A DNA stretch of 63,002 bases, taken from IMG/VR virus record IMGVR_UViG_3300045988_138661, one strand, 5' to 3'. The notes below the pieces were generated by a model. That model did no database searches, was not told the origin of the DNA, and was given only the letters and a program-made list of their open reading frames with translations. Positions 50,999 through 61,418 of this stretch are shown here, piece by piece (position 1 is the first letter of the stretch; every line of letters begins with the position of its first letter). This DNA is from a virus. The translations under genes were made by a program, and so were the position numbers.

Positions 50999-51191
50999 TA
51001 AGACACATACAGCAATTCTTTCATTAGAAAGGTATACAGGTTCAAATCCTGTAAACTCCAATTGGGGTTTTGGCGAAATTGGTTAACGCACATAACTTAA
51101 AATTATGTTTCTAATGTGTCTAGTTTGAAATAACTTTTTTGATTTTTTATAAAAAATATAATATAATATATATAGAAAGTTAAGAAAGGAA

Positions 51192-51395
51192 TTGAAAAAA
51201 ATGAAAAAGATTTCTGTTGATTTTGGTTGTTATTATAATTCCATTGATAATAAGGAGCTTGTAAAAGCAATTACTCGTGCTTCCAATCCCAATGCGGAAG
51301 ATATTATTCTGTATTGTAAGATTGATGATGGCGGTTTTGCTTCTGCTCCCATGTATATGCTCGAAAAGGATTTTGTAGCAACTTTCATTAATTGA
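51192..51395 (+). CDS. hypothetical protein (67 aa), SVDFG N-terminal motif
   Basis: consensus promoter-leader upstream. Confidence 0.5.
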   Translation: MKKMKKISVDFGCYYNSIDNKELVKAITRASNPNAEDIILYCKIDDGGFASAPMYMLEKDFVATFIN

Positions 51396-51404
51396 GTTGC
51401 TTAT

Positions 51405-51480
51405 ACGGGATTAGCGCAGCTGGTAGCGCATCTGACTTACATTCAGGAGGTCGTGGGTTCGAGTCCCTCATCCCGTACCA
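51405..51480 (+). tRNA. tRNA-Val (UAC)
   Basis: acceptor acgggat/atcccgt, D-arm gcgcagctggtagcgc, loop ctTACat, T-loop ttcgagt, A73 CCA. Confidence 0.7.
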
Positions 51481-51730
51481 CCGAACGCAGGATTGGTTCG
51501 ATTCCAATAATCAGCTGTAATTAGTGTAATGGTTGAGCACAGCGTTCGCGTCTTAAATATATCAAAGACACCACAAACTGCGAATTTTCTATAACAGAAG
51601 ATACAGAGATATTGTTTTACCAATAATTTTTGATTGCCTATTGAAGGTGTAGTCTGTTTGGGGTAAGAGAGAATTAATCGACAAATAGATGAAATGAATT
51701 GATTGAAATTCTTTGGTGTCTTGTTTTATA

Positions 51731-51928
51731 CGGCCGTCGCCAAAATGGTAAGGCACAGGACTTTCTCAAAATCAGTTAAATGAGTTATATAATATGACGG
51801 GGTTAAGTAGTATTATATAAGTTCTGTTAGTAGGCTTCCGGTTCTATAAAACCGAGAATGTTGGTGCAAGTCCAACTTTTGAGCCCTGACTCCTGCATCT
51901 GCTGGTTCGAGTCCAGCCGGCCGTGCCA
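51731..51928 (+). tRNA. tRNA gene split in anticodon loop by ~120-145-nt insertion (Gln CUG/UUG or Glu UUC depending on junction)
   Basis: 5-prime half acggccg tc gcc aaaatggtaa ggc a cagga ct..; 3-prime half ..tcctg catct gctgg ttcgagt ccagc cggccgt g cca; all stems complementary. Confidence 0.45.
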
Positions 51929-52061
51929 CCAGAGTTCTGCTAAGTTATATATTTAATTAAGAATTTGCTACTCTGAAAGAATATATAATGAATAAAAAAT
52001 TGGGTCTAAATAACGCAGATAATCCGCTCTGGACCATAAATTCAATTTAAGGAGAAAAATT

Positions 52062-52181
52062 ATGATTTGTCGCACTAAAGAGCATTATGAAAATCGCATT
52101 GCGAAGTTGTATTCCCATAGTGAAGTTATGAATCAGCGCCTCATTAATAAGATGAAGCGAAAACTCCGTAAGTTGAATTAA
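52062..52181 (+). CDS. small basic protein (39 aa)
   Basis: RBS taaggagaaaaatt; unlisted small ORF directly upstream of suppressor tRNA. Confidence 0.3.
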   Translation: MICRTKEHYENRIAKLYSHSEVMNQRLINKMKRKLRKLN

Positions 52182-52190
52182 GGAGTTTAT

Positions 52191-52262
52191 TGAGGGGTAG
52201 CATAGCGGCAAATGCGCTGGTCTCTAAAACCAGATAAGTGGGATCGACACCCACCCCCTCCG
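52191..52262 (+). tRNA. suppressor tRNA, anticodon CUA (reads UAG); Gln-like features
   Basis: acceptor tgagggg/cccctcc (1-72 mismatch), U8 A9, D-arm gcat-agcggcaa-atgc, anticodon arm ctggt-ctCTAaa-accag, 4-nt variable loop, T-arm gtggg-atcgaca-cccac, G73; no encoded CCA. Confidence 0.65.
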
Positions 52263-52496
52263 CGGTGCTAAAAACAAAACCTCCTCGTGGTAGCACTGGG
52301 TAATGCTAATTTGTTTATAAAGGTAATAAAGGCAATATGTATAAAAGTCATTGATAAGTCCTTTTATACGATAGGAAGTAGGATTAGAAGCGTCCATCTT
52401 TTAAAGAGCGAAATGCGGCGATCGGGTATTTCCTTGGTCCAGTAGACACACTATCGGAGGTTGTGGGTTAACCTAATTAAAACCCTCAAAATAAAA

Positions 52497-52859
52497 ATGT
52501 TTGATATTTATTTAAATTATTGCGAAGAAATTTTTGGTGGTTCTCATAAGTTTACCAAAAATGGCCTTGGTTATGATGTTTTAAATATTCATAATAATCG
52601 AGATAATTTTAAAATTATACTTGCGGATAAAGTGCGGTTTGGAGAATATACTTTATTTCATCGTGCTTATGGAGCTAGACTTGATGGTTCTTATGAGTGG
52701 CATGTCCAATTAAAATCTAAATATTTAGATTTTCTAATTTATTGTGCTTTCGCGCATGATTTTAATAAATATAATAACATTCCTTATAATCGAGAAGATT
52801 ATTGGCGTTTTATTAAAGATTATAAGAAATATATTTCGGAGATTAACGTGATAAGGTAG
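52497..52859 (+). CDS. hypothetical protein (~120 aa); 3-prime end overlaps tRNA-Tyr
   Basis: ORF track 52461..52859; ATG 52497 preferred; terminating codon is TAG, so true end uncertain under recoding. Confidence 0.3.
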   Translation: MFDIYLNYCEEIFGGSHKFTKNGLGYDVLNIHNNRDNFKIILADKVRFGEYTLFHRAYGARLDGSYEWHVQLKSKYLDFLIYCAFAHDFNKYNNIPYNREDYWRFIKDYKKYISEINVIR

Positions 52860-52926
52860 ACACCCCGGTCTGTAAAACCGGTGCGCTTAGTCGCTCGAGT
52901 GGGTTCGATTCCCTCATCTCCGACCA
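52837..52926 (+). tRNA. tRNA-Tyr (GUA), class II
   Basis: acceptor cggagat/atctccg perfect, loop ctGTAaa, long variable arm gcgcttagtcgc, T-loop ttcgatt, A73 CCA; two extra nt between acceptor and D-stem. Confidence 0.6.
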
Positions 52927-53445
52927 AAGTATTTGGCAGTATACTTTATAGTAATCGCAAAAACTGCTTATCGTACCTGAGTAAGTGGCAAGGTCGTAGA
53001 TGGCGACGGCGTTGTTTATTTAAAACGATAGGTTTCTTTTCCTAACAGGCTGAAGAAAAGACGTTAACCACAACGAAAGAGTGATTAAGAATAGGTAAGG
53101 AATATTTATATTAAAGGTGATTTGGCACTATTGTTAATTTTAATGTTGATCGGTGCGGAATAAGTAAGATTTCCTATTTAAATCTAACCAAATTGAATAC
53201 TGAAAACAAACCGAGGAAATGCTCTTAAATGGAGTTTGATTGTTCTTTGATGGTGGAAGGAAGCGTAAGGCAACCTGCGGGTTAGCGTTTGCGGAGTAAA
53301 AGAACATGATGACAAAATTTAAGAGCATTTTTGTTTGCTTAAATAAGAGCAGTTAATGTGGCTTGACCGGCATCAAGCGCAAGGACCGAAAACCGCAATT
53401 TAAAATGCTTTTAGAAATTTTTAAGATAAAAAAGGAGGAAATTAA

Positions 53446-54969
53446 ATGTCATATTTTAATGCTAGTTTGGACTGTGAAAATGGTACAATATATTGCTCTG
53501 GATCAGTAGATCCTCCTGTCATTACATCAATAGAACTTTATATTCGTATTAAAATAAATGGTATAGACTCTGGTTATATTTATGTTGGAAGCGGTTCAAA
53601 CAGAATACGTTTTAATGAAGAGATTCCAAATTATGATCATGTTAACTTTGATAGTTATAATGATTATGAATTAATAGTATTAGATGGTGATTTATATGAA
53701 TTAGGTGCTTATACTCCTTGCACTGGTTCTTTTTATGCTTCATCATCGGGAGGAGGAGGAGGAGGCGGTGGATCGGGCGGAACTGATCCAATGTACGCTT
53801 GTTATGATGTTACAACTGGAAATTATATAAACGGTTGGACGCAAGGTAGTTTTGGTATGACCGCTCCCTCTTATGGTAGTAGTTATACTTATTTAGGATA
53901 TTGCCCTGGTAATTCAGAATAGGAATGTTTAAATTATTATACTAATAATGGCACTACATGGAGTCAAGATTCTACTTATATAGTAGGAGATTGTAGTTAT
54001 GTTATATTTTTTTATAGACAAAATTTATCTTATGCTTATATAACTTATTATTATAATGGAGGATCTGGTAGTTATAATAATGGAGCTCAAAATGCTTTTT
54101 CAAGTACAACTCAACCTTGGAACATATATTTAGATACTCCTTCGCGCTCTGGATATAATTTTTTAGGATGGACAACAGACAATTCATCAGCTTATGTGAG
54201 TAGTCCTATACAAGCATATAATGGTTCAACTTATACATTATATGCTATGTGGTAGCGAATTTATTATTATACCTATATAACCTATCACTATAATGGAGGA
54301 TCTGGTAGTTATAGTGATGGATAGCAAGTAAGTTATTCAAGTGTCAATTCTAGTCGAACTATTACTTTAGATACTCCAACAAGAGCAAATTATACTTTTT
54401 TAGGTTGGGGAACCAGTTCTTCTTCTGCTGATATTGGCACACAACTATAGGTGTCATCTACAAGCACTGTATATAAAACTTTATACGCAATTTGGCGTAG
54501 AAATACAATTATTGTAACTTATAATGCAAATGGAGGTTCTGGTGGACCCGGATCATAGACTGTTAATACCAATTCTTCTTTTAATATAAATGGATCTAAT
54601 TTTCCAACAAAGTCTAATTATATTTTTAAAGGATGGTCTACATCGTCTTCAGCAAAAACTGCAACTTATAAAAAAGGAGCAACACCTTCAATTTCTACTG
54701 GTACATCTAATATAACTTATTATGCAGTTTGGTGGCCTGTATTTACTTGGAAAGATTATTCCAGAAGTGAAGCAAATACTTTCGCAGGATATATAAATAC
54801 TTATCTAAGTAAATCAATCTCTTCTATTGATGACACAAATCCTCTGCGGTTAGTTATTTGGTTTAATGCAATAGCTACGGCATTAAACAATAATACTAGA
54901 CTTGCATCAGGAGACGCAAGTTTTAAAGCACAATTAGATACTCTATTAACTGCATATAATAATTATTAA
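53446..54969 (+). CDS. surface-binding / receptor-binding candidate with three Listeria-Bacteroides (Flg_new-type) repeats (~507 codons, about six in-frame TAG)
   Basis: RBS aaaggaggaa; repeats GYNFLGWTT..YTLYAMW, NYTFLGWGT..TLYAIW, NYIFKGWST..YYAVW; ends TAA 54967; terminator hairpin 54977-55010. Confidence 0.55.
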
Positions 54970-55073
54970 AATTAATTGGCCTACTGAGAATTTCAGTAGG
55001 CCAATTTTTTATATTCATAAAGAATATTTTTTTATATTATTTAGAATGATGTAATAAAAGAGGAGGCAATAAG

Positions 55074-55346
55074 ATGTATACTTTAACACATCAAAATGGT
55101 AAAGTTAATTATGGATTAAAAAAATTCATAGTTGATTCTGTTGAAGATATTGAAAAAATTCCAACAATTTCATTGCTCCCTGGCAGTACTGCTTTTATTC
55201 CTAAATCATCAAAATTATATATTTATCAAGATAATAATACTTGGGTTGAACAAAAATCCAATAGTAATAATGGTAGTAGTGGCGGAAGCTCCGAACCTTC
55301 TAATCCTGATAATACATATGTTTGGGATGGCGGTAGTATTGATTAA
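55074..55346 (+). CDS. hypothetical protein (90 aa)
   Basis: RBS agaggaggc. Confidence 0.5.
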   Translation: MYTLTHQNGKVNYGLKKFIVDSVEDIEKIPTISLLPGSTAFIPKSSKLYIYQDNNTWVEQKSNSNNGSSGGSSEPSNPDNTYVWDGGSID

Positions 55347-55360
55347 GGAGGTGCGTTTAG

Positions 55361-56614
55361 TTGGCTGATGTTTATATGAAATCAAAATTTTATTTTAAAC
55401 GCGGAAAGGCAGCTTCTTGGGCTGAAAAAAATGTACTCTTAGGCCCTGGTGAGCCTGGGTTTGAAATAGATACTGGTAGATTGAAAGTTGGCGATGGTAT
55501 TCGCACTTGGAATGATCTTCCTTACCTTACAGAAAATGAAATAAAAAACGGAATAAATGATGTTGCTTATTTTATTGGATAGAAAGAATCTTTACCAGAA
55601 GATCCAAATACTAAAGAAGGTACAATGTGTTTAGTCGGTGAAGATTTTTATATTTATGATGGAAAAGAATGGAGAGAATTAAAAAGCAAATCTTCTCAAG
55701 GAACTATTGAAGTTATAAAAATAAAAGGTGAAGATCAAGAATCTTCTTCTGCTGATGAAGTAGAAATTAATGGAACAAAATATTCCACTATTGAAGAAGC
55801 TATTCAAAATACCACTAATAATGATACAATAATTTTGTAGAAAACAGTCAAAAATATTAACATTCCAGAAGGAAAAAATATTAATATTGATTTAAATAAT
55901 ATCAACATCTTAAATAACGAAGACAATCCAGTTAAAATTAATAATAACGCTTCTCTAATTATTTCGGGAGAAGGATGCGTTGAATGTAATAAACATGGTA
56001 AAGCATCTATTGAAAATAATGGAAATACAACTATTATAAATGGTGAATATAAGCGTTCTATTGATGAAAAAGGTAATGGATATTACGTAATAGTAAACCA
56101 TGGCGAAATGTCTATTTATGATGGAATATTTTCTTCTCCTGGTGGATTATCTAGTATGATTGAAAATGGATATTATGATTATCTTTCTCAATACCATTTA
56201 GGCGAGTCTGCGGAATATCCTAAATTAATTATTAATGGTGGTACTTTTATTAATACTTATACTACTATTAAAAATGATGATGCTGGTATTTGTGAAATTA
56301 ATGGTGGTAATTTTTATGGTATGCTTTATAACGTTGGTAAAAGTTTAACTATAAATGATGGTTATTTCTATACTAATGATGGCTATGAAATTATTCAATG
56401 TAAAAAAAATAATGATGATATTAATGCTGGTATTTTAACTATTAATGGAGGAATTTTTGAAACTACTTGCGATAAAATTCTTTCTAGTATAAATAATGCC
56501 GAAATTATTATTAAAGGTGGAAAATTTAATAAACCTCTACCCGAAGAATTTATTGCTTCTGGATATAAACAAAAATTAGTAGATGGTTATTATAATATAA
56601 TAAAGGAGGGATAA
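55361..56614 (+). CDS. tail fibre / beta-helix-like structural protein (~417 codons, two in-frame TAG)
   Basis: track ORFs 55361, 55625, 56108 share frame 2; N-terminal GDGIRTWNDLPYL motif shared with 56991 and 61419 products. Confidence 0.5.
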
Positions 56615-56615
56615 T

Positions 56616-56960
56616 ATGGCGTTTAATGTTATCTATGCAGATAAAAATAAAATTAAATCCAGCATTAAACAAGGTATTATTCCAAAAGAAAGCCTAATTT
56701 TAACAACTGATGAAAATCAATCAGAGGCTTATTATTATGATGATGTTGGTAAATTAAAATATATTACTAAAAAAACATCATTTAGTTCTTTACTGGAAGC
56801 TCGCATTTGGGTTGCTAAATACGACTATGAAGGTGAGATTATTTCAGTTTATGAAAATAATAAGTGGGTTCCCTATATTGTTGGTAAAAATCAAGTTATT
56901 ACCGCTATTCAATACGGTCAAGATGATGATTATACTCTCATTAATGGTGGAAACGCTTAA
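56616..56960 (+). CDS. hypothetical structural-module protein (114 aa)
   Basis: RBS aaggaggg. Confidence 0.5.
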   Translation: MAFNVIYADKNKIKSSIKQGIIPKESLILTTDENQSEAYYYDDVGKLKYITKKTSFSSLLEARIWVAKYDYEGEIISVYENNKWVPYIVGKNQVITAIQYGQDDDYTLINGGNA

Positions 56961-56990
56961 TATAAAAAAAAATAGGAGGATAATATATTT

Positions 56991-58229
56991 ATGGCTAGTA
57001 AGACCTTAAATACTCGCATCCAAATTCGCAATGACCTCGCGGCGACCTGGACTGAAAAAAATCCTGTGCTCCTTAAAGGTGAAATGGGTGTCGAGACTGA
57101 TACTCGTAAAATTAAAATTGGCGATGGCTTAAGTAAGTGGTCTGCTCTTGGTTATTCTGGGGCAGATGTTGCTGATATTGAAAAAGTTATTGCCGACAAT
57201 CGTGATACTACCTATTCTTTAGAACCAGTTGCTGATCAAACTGATGCTCAAGCTCTTGGTACAATTGAGTCTCCTAAAGATGGTGACACTGCCATTATTA
57301 AGCGTGTTATTTCTGGCGACAAAGCTTCTTATACCGCTTATGTTTATGATGGCACTTGGAAAGCAATGGATGGCAACTATAATGCTAATAATGTTTACTT
57401 TGATAAAGATTTGACTTATACGGCTAATATTGGCGTTAAGACTGTTCCCGATTCTGGCTCCGGCACTATTGCAGCTGCTGGTAAGAATGTTCAACAAGTT
57501 TTTGCTGATATTCTTGCTAAAGAAGAGAATCCTGTCACTACTCAACCTAGTGCTTCTATGAGCTCTTCTAATATTGGAGCTTATGAGGCAGGTACTGATG
57601 TAACTATTCAATACAGTATTTCTACCAATCCTGGTTCTTATACTTATGGACCTAATCCAACAGGTGTTACTTTCTCTGGTCATAAGGCTACTTTTAATGG
57701 TGAAACAGTTACTGGTGCTTCTGGAACCTTTACATCTGTTAAAGTTACTGATTCTACTAATTTAAGTATTAGTGGTTCTGTTGATTATTCTAACGGTGAA
57801 ATTCCTGTGACCAATTTAGGTAATAACTATACTTCTGGTCAGATTAAGACCGGTACCAAGACTCTTTCTAAGGGTACTTTGACTGGTTATCGTAACTGGT
57901 TCTATGGTTATAAAGCTGGCGGCGCTACTATTGATGTTTCTGCACTTGATTCTGCTAAGATTCGTGCTTTAAAGGCACAAAATGGTAGTTTCCCTGCTAC
58001 TCTTAGTACAAACAAAATGCAACAGATGTTCTTTGCCATTCCAAAAGGCAGAAAAACTGAAGTGTCTGTTGCTAATAATGTTAATGGTGCTCCTTGTACT
58101 GTTACTAAAGTAACTGATGTTATGGTTGAAGGTGCTAATGGCTTTACTGCTGTTGCCTATGATGTCTGGTATGTTAATAATGCAGCTGCTGACGGTGGCG
58201 CAAATACATATAAGATTACTGTTAAGTAA
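56991..58229 (+). CDS. tail fibre-like protein (412 aa)
   Basis: RBS taggagga; N-terminal KIGDGLSKWSALGY motif; Ser/Thr/Gly-rich beta-rich sequence. Confidence 0.55.
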   Translation: MASKTLNTRIQIRNDLAATWTEKNPVLLKGEMGVETDTRKIKIGDGLSKWSALGYSGADVADIEKVIADNRDTTYSLEPVADQTDAQALGTIESPKDGDTAIIKRVISGDKASYTAYVYDGTWKAMDGNYNANNVYFDKDLTYTANIGVKTVPDSGSGTIAAAGKNVQQVFADILAKEENPVTTQPSASMSSSNIGAYEAGTDVTIQYSISTNPGSYTYGPNPTGVTFSGHKATFNGETVTGASGTFTSVKVTDSTNLSISGSVDYSNGEIPVTNLGNNYTSGQIKTGTKTLSKGTLTGYRNWFYGYKAGGATIDVSALDSAKIRALKAQNGSFPATLSTNKMQQMFFAIPKGRKTEVSVANNVNGAPCTVTKVTDVMVEGANGFTAVAYDVWYVNNAAADGGANTYKITVK

Positions 58230-58245
58230 GGAGGATATATAATAT

Positions 58246-61200
58246 ATGACTCGCGAAGAATTTTTTGCCGCTAAAAATAAAGGCGCTTTATGGGATGTTG
58301 GCGTAAGTATTAACCGCACTAACCCACTGCCCCTTGATAAGAATGCGGTTTTTGATACTTATGAAAATGCCCTTACTTATGCTAAAGGTGTTTTAGCTTA
58401 TCCTGGTCAGTTTATCGCTGTCGTTGGCGAAGACGCGGTTACCGGTTATTTAATCACTGTTGCAGGTGGTGAAGGAGCTACTCTTGTTAAGCTCGCTCAA
58501 ACTTCTGGTTCTGGTGATGTTAACGAGCAATTAAATGCTTTATCTACTAAAGTTAATAATATCGTTAATGAAATTGGTAAAGCCTCTACAGATGGCTCCG
58601 ATGCTACTGGTCTTTATAAACTTATTGAAGCTAATAAAAATGCTATTACTGTTTTAAATGGTACTGTTCAGACAGAGGGTTCAGTCAAGAAAACTGTTTC
58701 TGATGAAATTGCTAAAGTTATTGGCAAAGCGCCTGAGACTTTTGATACTTTACAAGAAATTGCTACTTGGATTGAAACTCATGGTACACAAGCTACTGGA
58801 ATGCAGACTGCTATTAGCAAACTTGAAACTATTCTTGAAGGTATTGGTGGCGAAGGAGAAAAGGCTACTGTAGTTGCTTATGTTACCGATGCTATTAATG
58901 CATTAAAGAATGGTGATATTAAAACTGCTTAGGATAATTTAGCAGCTCTTACCACACGTGTAGATGGACATGATACTAAGCTCGGTGAACTTGAAACTGC
59001 GATTGCTGGGGTAAAGGCTACTGCGGATGCAGCTGTTGTTGCTAACGCTAGTATCACTGGTGGAACAGCTACTAAAGTTACTTTTGATAGTAAGGGCTTA
59101 ATTACTGGTAGTAGTTCTTTAGTTGCGGAAGATATTCCAAATATTGCTATCAGTTAGGTTGATAACCTTTCTAGTGAGTTAAGCAAGAAACAAAATAATC
59201 TTGCTATTAGCGATAAATATAGTGAAACTACTTCTAAGATTGCTTCTATGAAGGATATTACTGATGCTTCTAATGCAATTCTTGGTGATTCTGCCACTGA
59301 TACTGAAGCTTCTAATACTCTGGCTGGTCTTAAGAAGTATGCTGATAAAAAAGCTTCTGACGCTGAGTCTAATGCTAAAGCCGATACAAAGAGTAAAACC
59401 GATGCTCTTGATGCTCGTTTAAAGAGCGTTGAAGATGCTGTTGGTTCTACTGGTAGTGTTTCTGAAGCTATTAAAGCTGCTAAGGAAGAAGCTATTAATG
59501 CCGCTGCTACTGACGCTACAACTAAAGTTAATGCTGCTAAAACTGATATCCTTGGTGCAGAAGGTTATACTCATACTGTAAAGGATGCTTATGAATTAGC
59601 TGATGGTAAGACTACTATGGCTGAGGTTGAAGCCAAGGATTATGCTACCAAGAGTTATGTTGATACTCAAGATGGCGTACTCAAAGGCACTGTTGCTGAC
59701 CAAGATACCGAAGTTACCATTTATGGTGCTCGTAAGTTAGCTCAGAAAGGCATTGATGACGCAGCTGCTGCTAAAACTGCCGCTGATAATTACAATACTG
59801 CTTTAACTAATACTATCAGTACTGTTAAGAGCGATTTACTTGGCTCTACTGAAGATGATAGCACTAAAGAAACCATTCGTGGCGCACGTAAGTATTCTGA
59901 AGCTAAAGCTAATGCTGTCCTTGGTACTGCTCAAGATACTGCTTCTGAAAAGACAGTTTATGGTGCATTCGCCGCAGCTAAAGCCGCACAGGACAAGGCT
60001 AATGCCAATGAAACGGCTATTGGTTCTGATACTACTACTGGTTCAGTAAAGGGTCGTATCAAAACTTTAGAAACCACTTCTGCTAGCTATGGCGCTCGTA
60101 TTACTAAGAACGAATCCGATATTGCCTCTCTCGTTGGTAATATGTCTGGCGTCTTCCATTTCAAGGGCGCAGCAACTAAAACTGGTACTGAACTTTATGT
60201 AAGTGGCGCTCAAGTAGTTGAAAAAGCAGTTGGTGACGTTTATACCGTTGGCGAGGAAGAATACGCTTGGTCTGGATCTGCCTGGATTATGCTTGGTATT
60301 ACTACCGATCTTTCTAACTATTATGATAAGAGCGCAATTGATAAAAAGATTGCAGGCTTCTCTGGGGCTTTCCACTTCAAGGGTGTTGCTAATCAATTCG
60401 ATAATGTTGGTGCTCCTATTGTTTCTAATCCTGCTGAAGGTGACGTTTGGCTTGATAATGATAATGCACAATGGGCTTGGAATGGCGAGAAATGGATTAA
60501 ACTTGGTTTCTTAACTGATCTTACTGGTTATGCTACCACTGCTGAAGTTGATGCTAAAATTGAAGGTGCTCTTCAAGGACTTTATACTTTTAAGGGTGAA
60601 ATTGAATCTCTTGATAATGTTGTTAGTCCAACCCGTGGCGACGTTTATGTCGTTCCTCAAAAAGATGGCTCTAAAAAGCAATATGCCTATTCTGGTGATG
60701 GCAACTGGGTAGAAATCTCTACTAATGTCGATTTAAGTGCTTATGCTTTAACTACTGCGGTTGATGAAAAGATCCGTGTTGCCAAGAATCAAGCAAATAA
60801 TCTTGCTACTGAGCTTTCCGCCACTGCTGAAACTAATGCTAAAGCTTATACTGACACTCAGCTTGATACTCTTAAGGGTGGTTCTACTAAGACCATTAAA
60901 GAAATTCAAACTGTTGCTGAAAGTGCTCAAACTCAGGCTGGTACTAATGCTAACGCAATTACTGCAATTAATACTTCTCTCACTGAGACTGGAACTGTTG
61001 GTAGAAAGATAAAAGCTAATGCGGATGCTATTAGAGCTATCCAAGAGGCAGATTATGCAAGAATTACTTCTGAGAAAATCGCCCAGTGGGATGCTGCTCA
61101 ACCTAATGTAATTGAAAAGATTCAAGTTAATGGCACTGAAATCGCAATTAGTGAAAAGACTGTTAATATTCCTCTTGCTACCGCAGCTCGCGCAGGTTTA

Positions 61201-61332
61201 ATTATTAGCTCTGATGCTGAAAATGCTATTAGCGTTTCTGATACTGGTGTAGCTACTGTTAATAATATAAATGTTAATAAATTAGTTCAAACCGCTGGTG
61301 ATGAACTTATTCTTAACGGTGGAAATGCTTAA
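58246..61332 (+). CDS. large tail fibre protein (~1028 codons, two in-frame TAG) with Ala-rich coiled-coil segment and three ~70-aa repeats (FHFKG..GDVY..W.G..W..LG)
   Basis: track ORFs 58246 and 59248 are in frame 1, separated only by TAG at 58930 and 59155. Confidence 0.55.
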
Positions 61333-61351
61333 TTAAATAAATAATAAATAA

Positions 61352-61380
61352 AGAGGGGATTTATTTCCCCTCTTTATTTC
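61352..61380 (+). terminator. rho-independent terminator (aagaggggatttatttcccctctt + T)
   Basis: inverted repeat. Confidence 0.65.
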
Positions 61381-61418
61381 ATATATATAGATATTTTTAA
61401 ATATGGAGGTTCTTAAAA

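Noticed and set aside
51700-51930. tmRNA
   Set aside because: tRNA-like ends are present but there is a D-arm and anticodon stem, no G3-U70 and only ~200 nt total.
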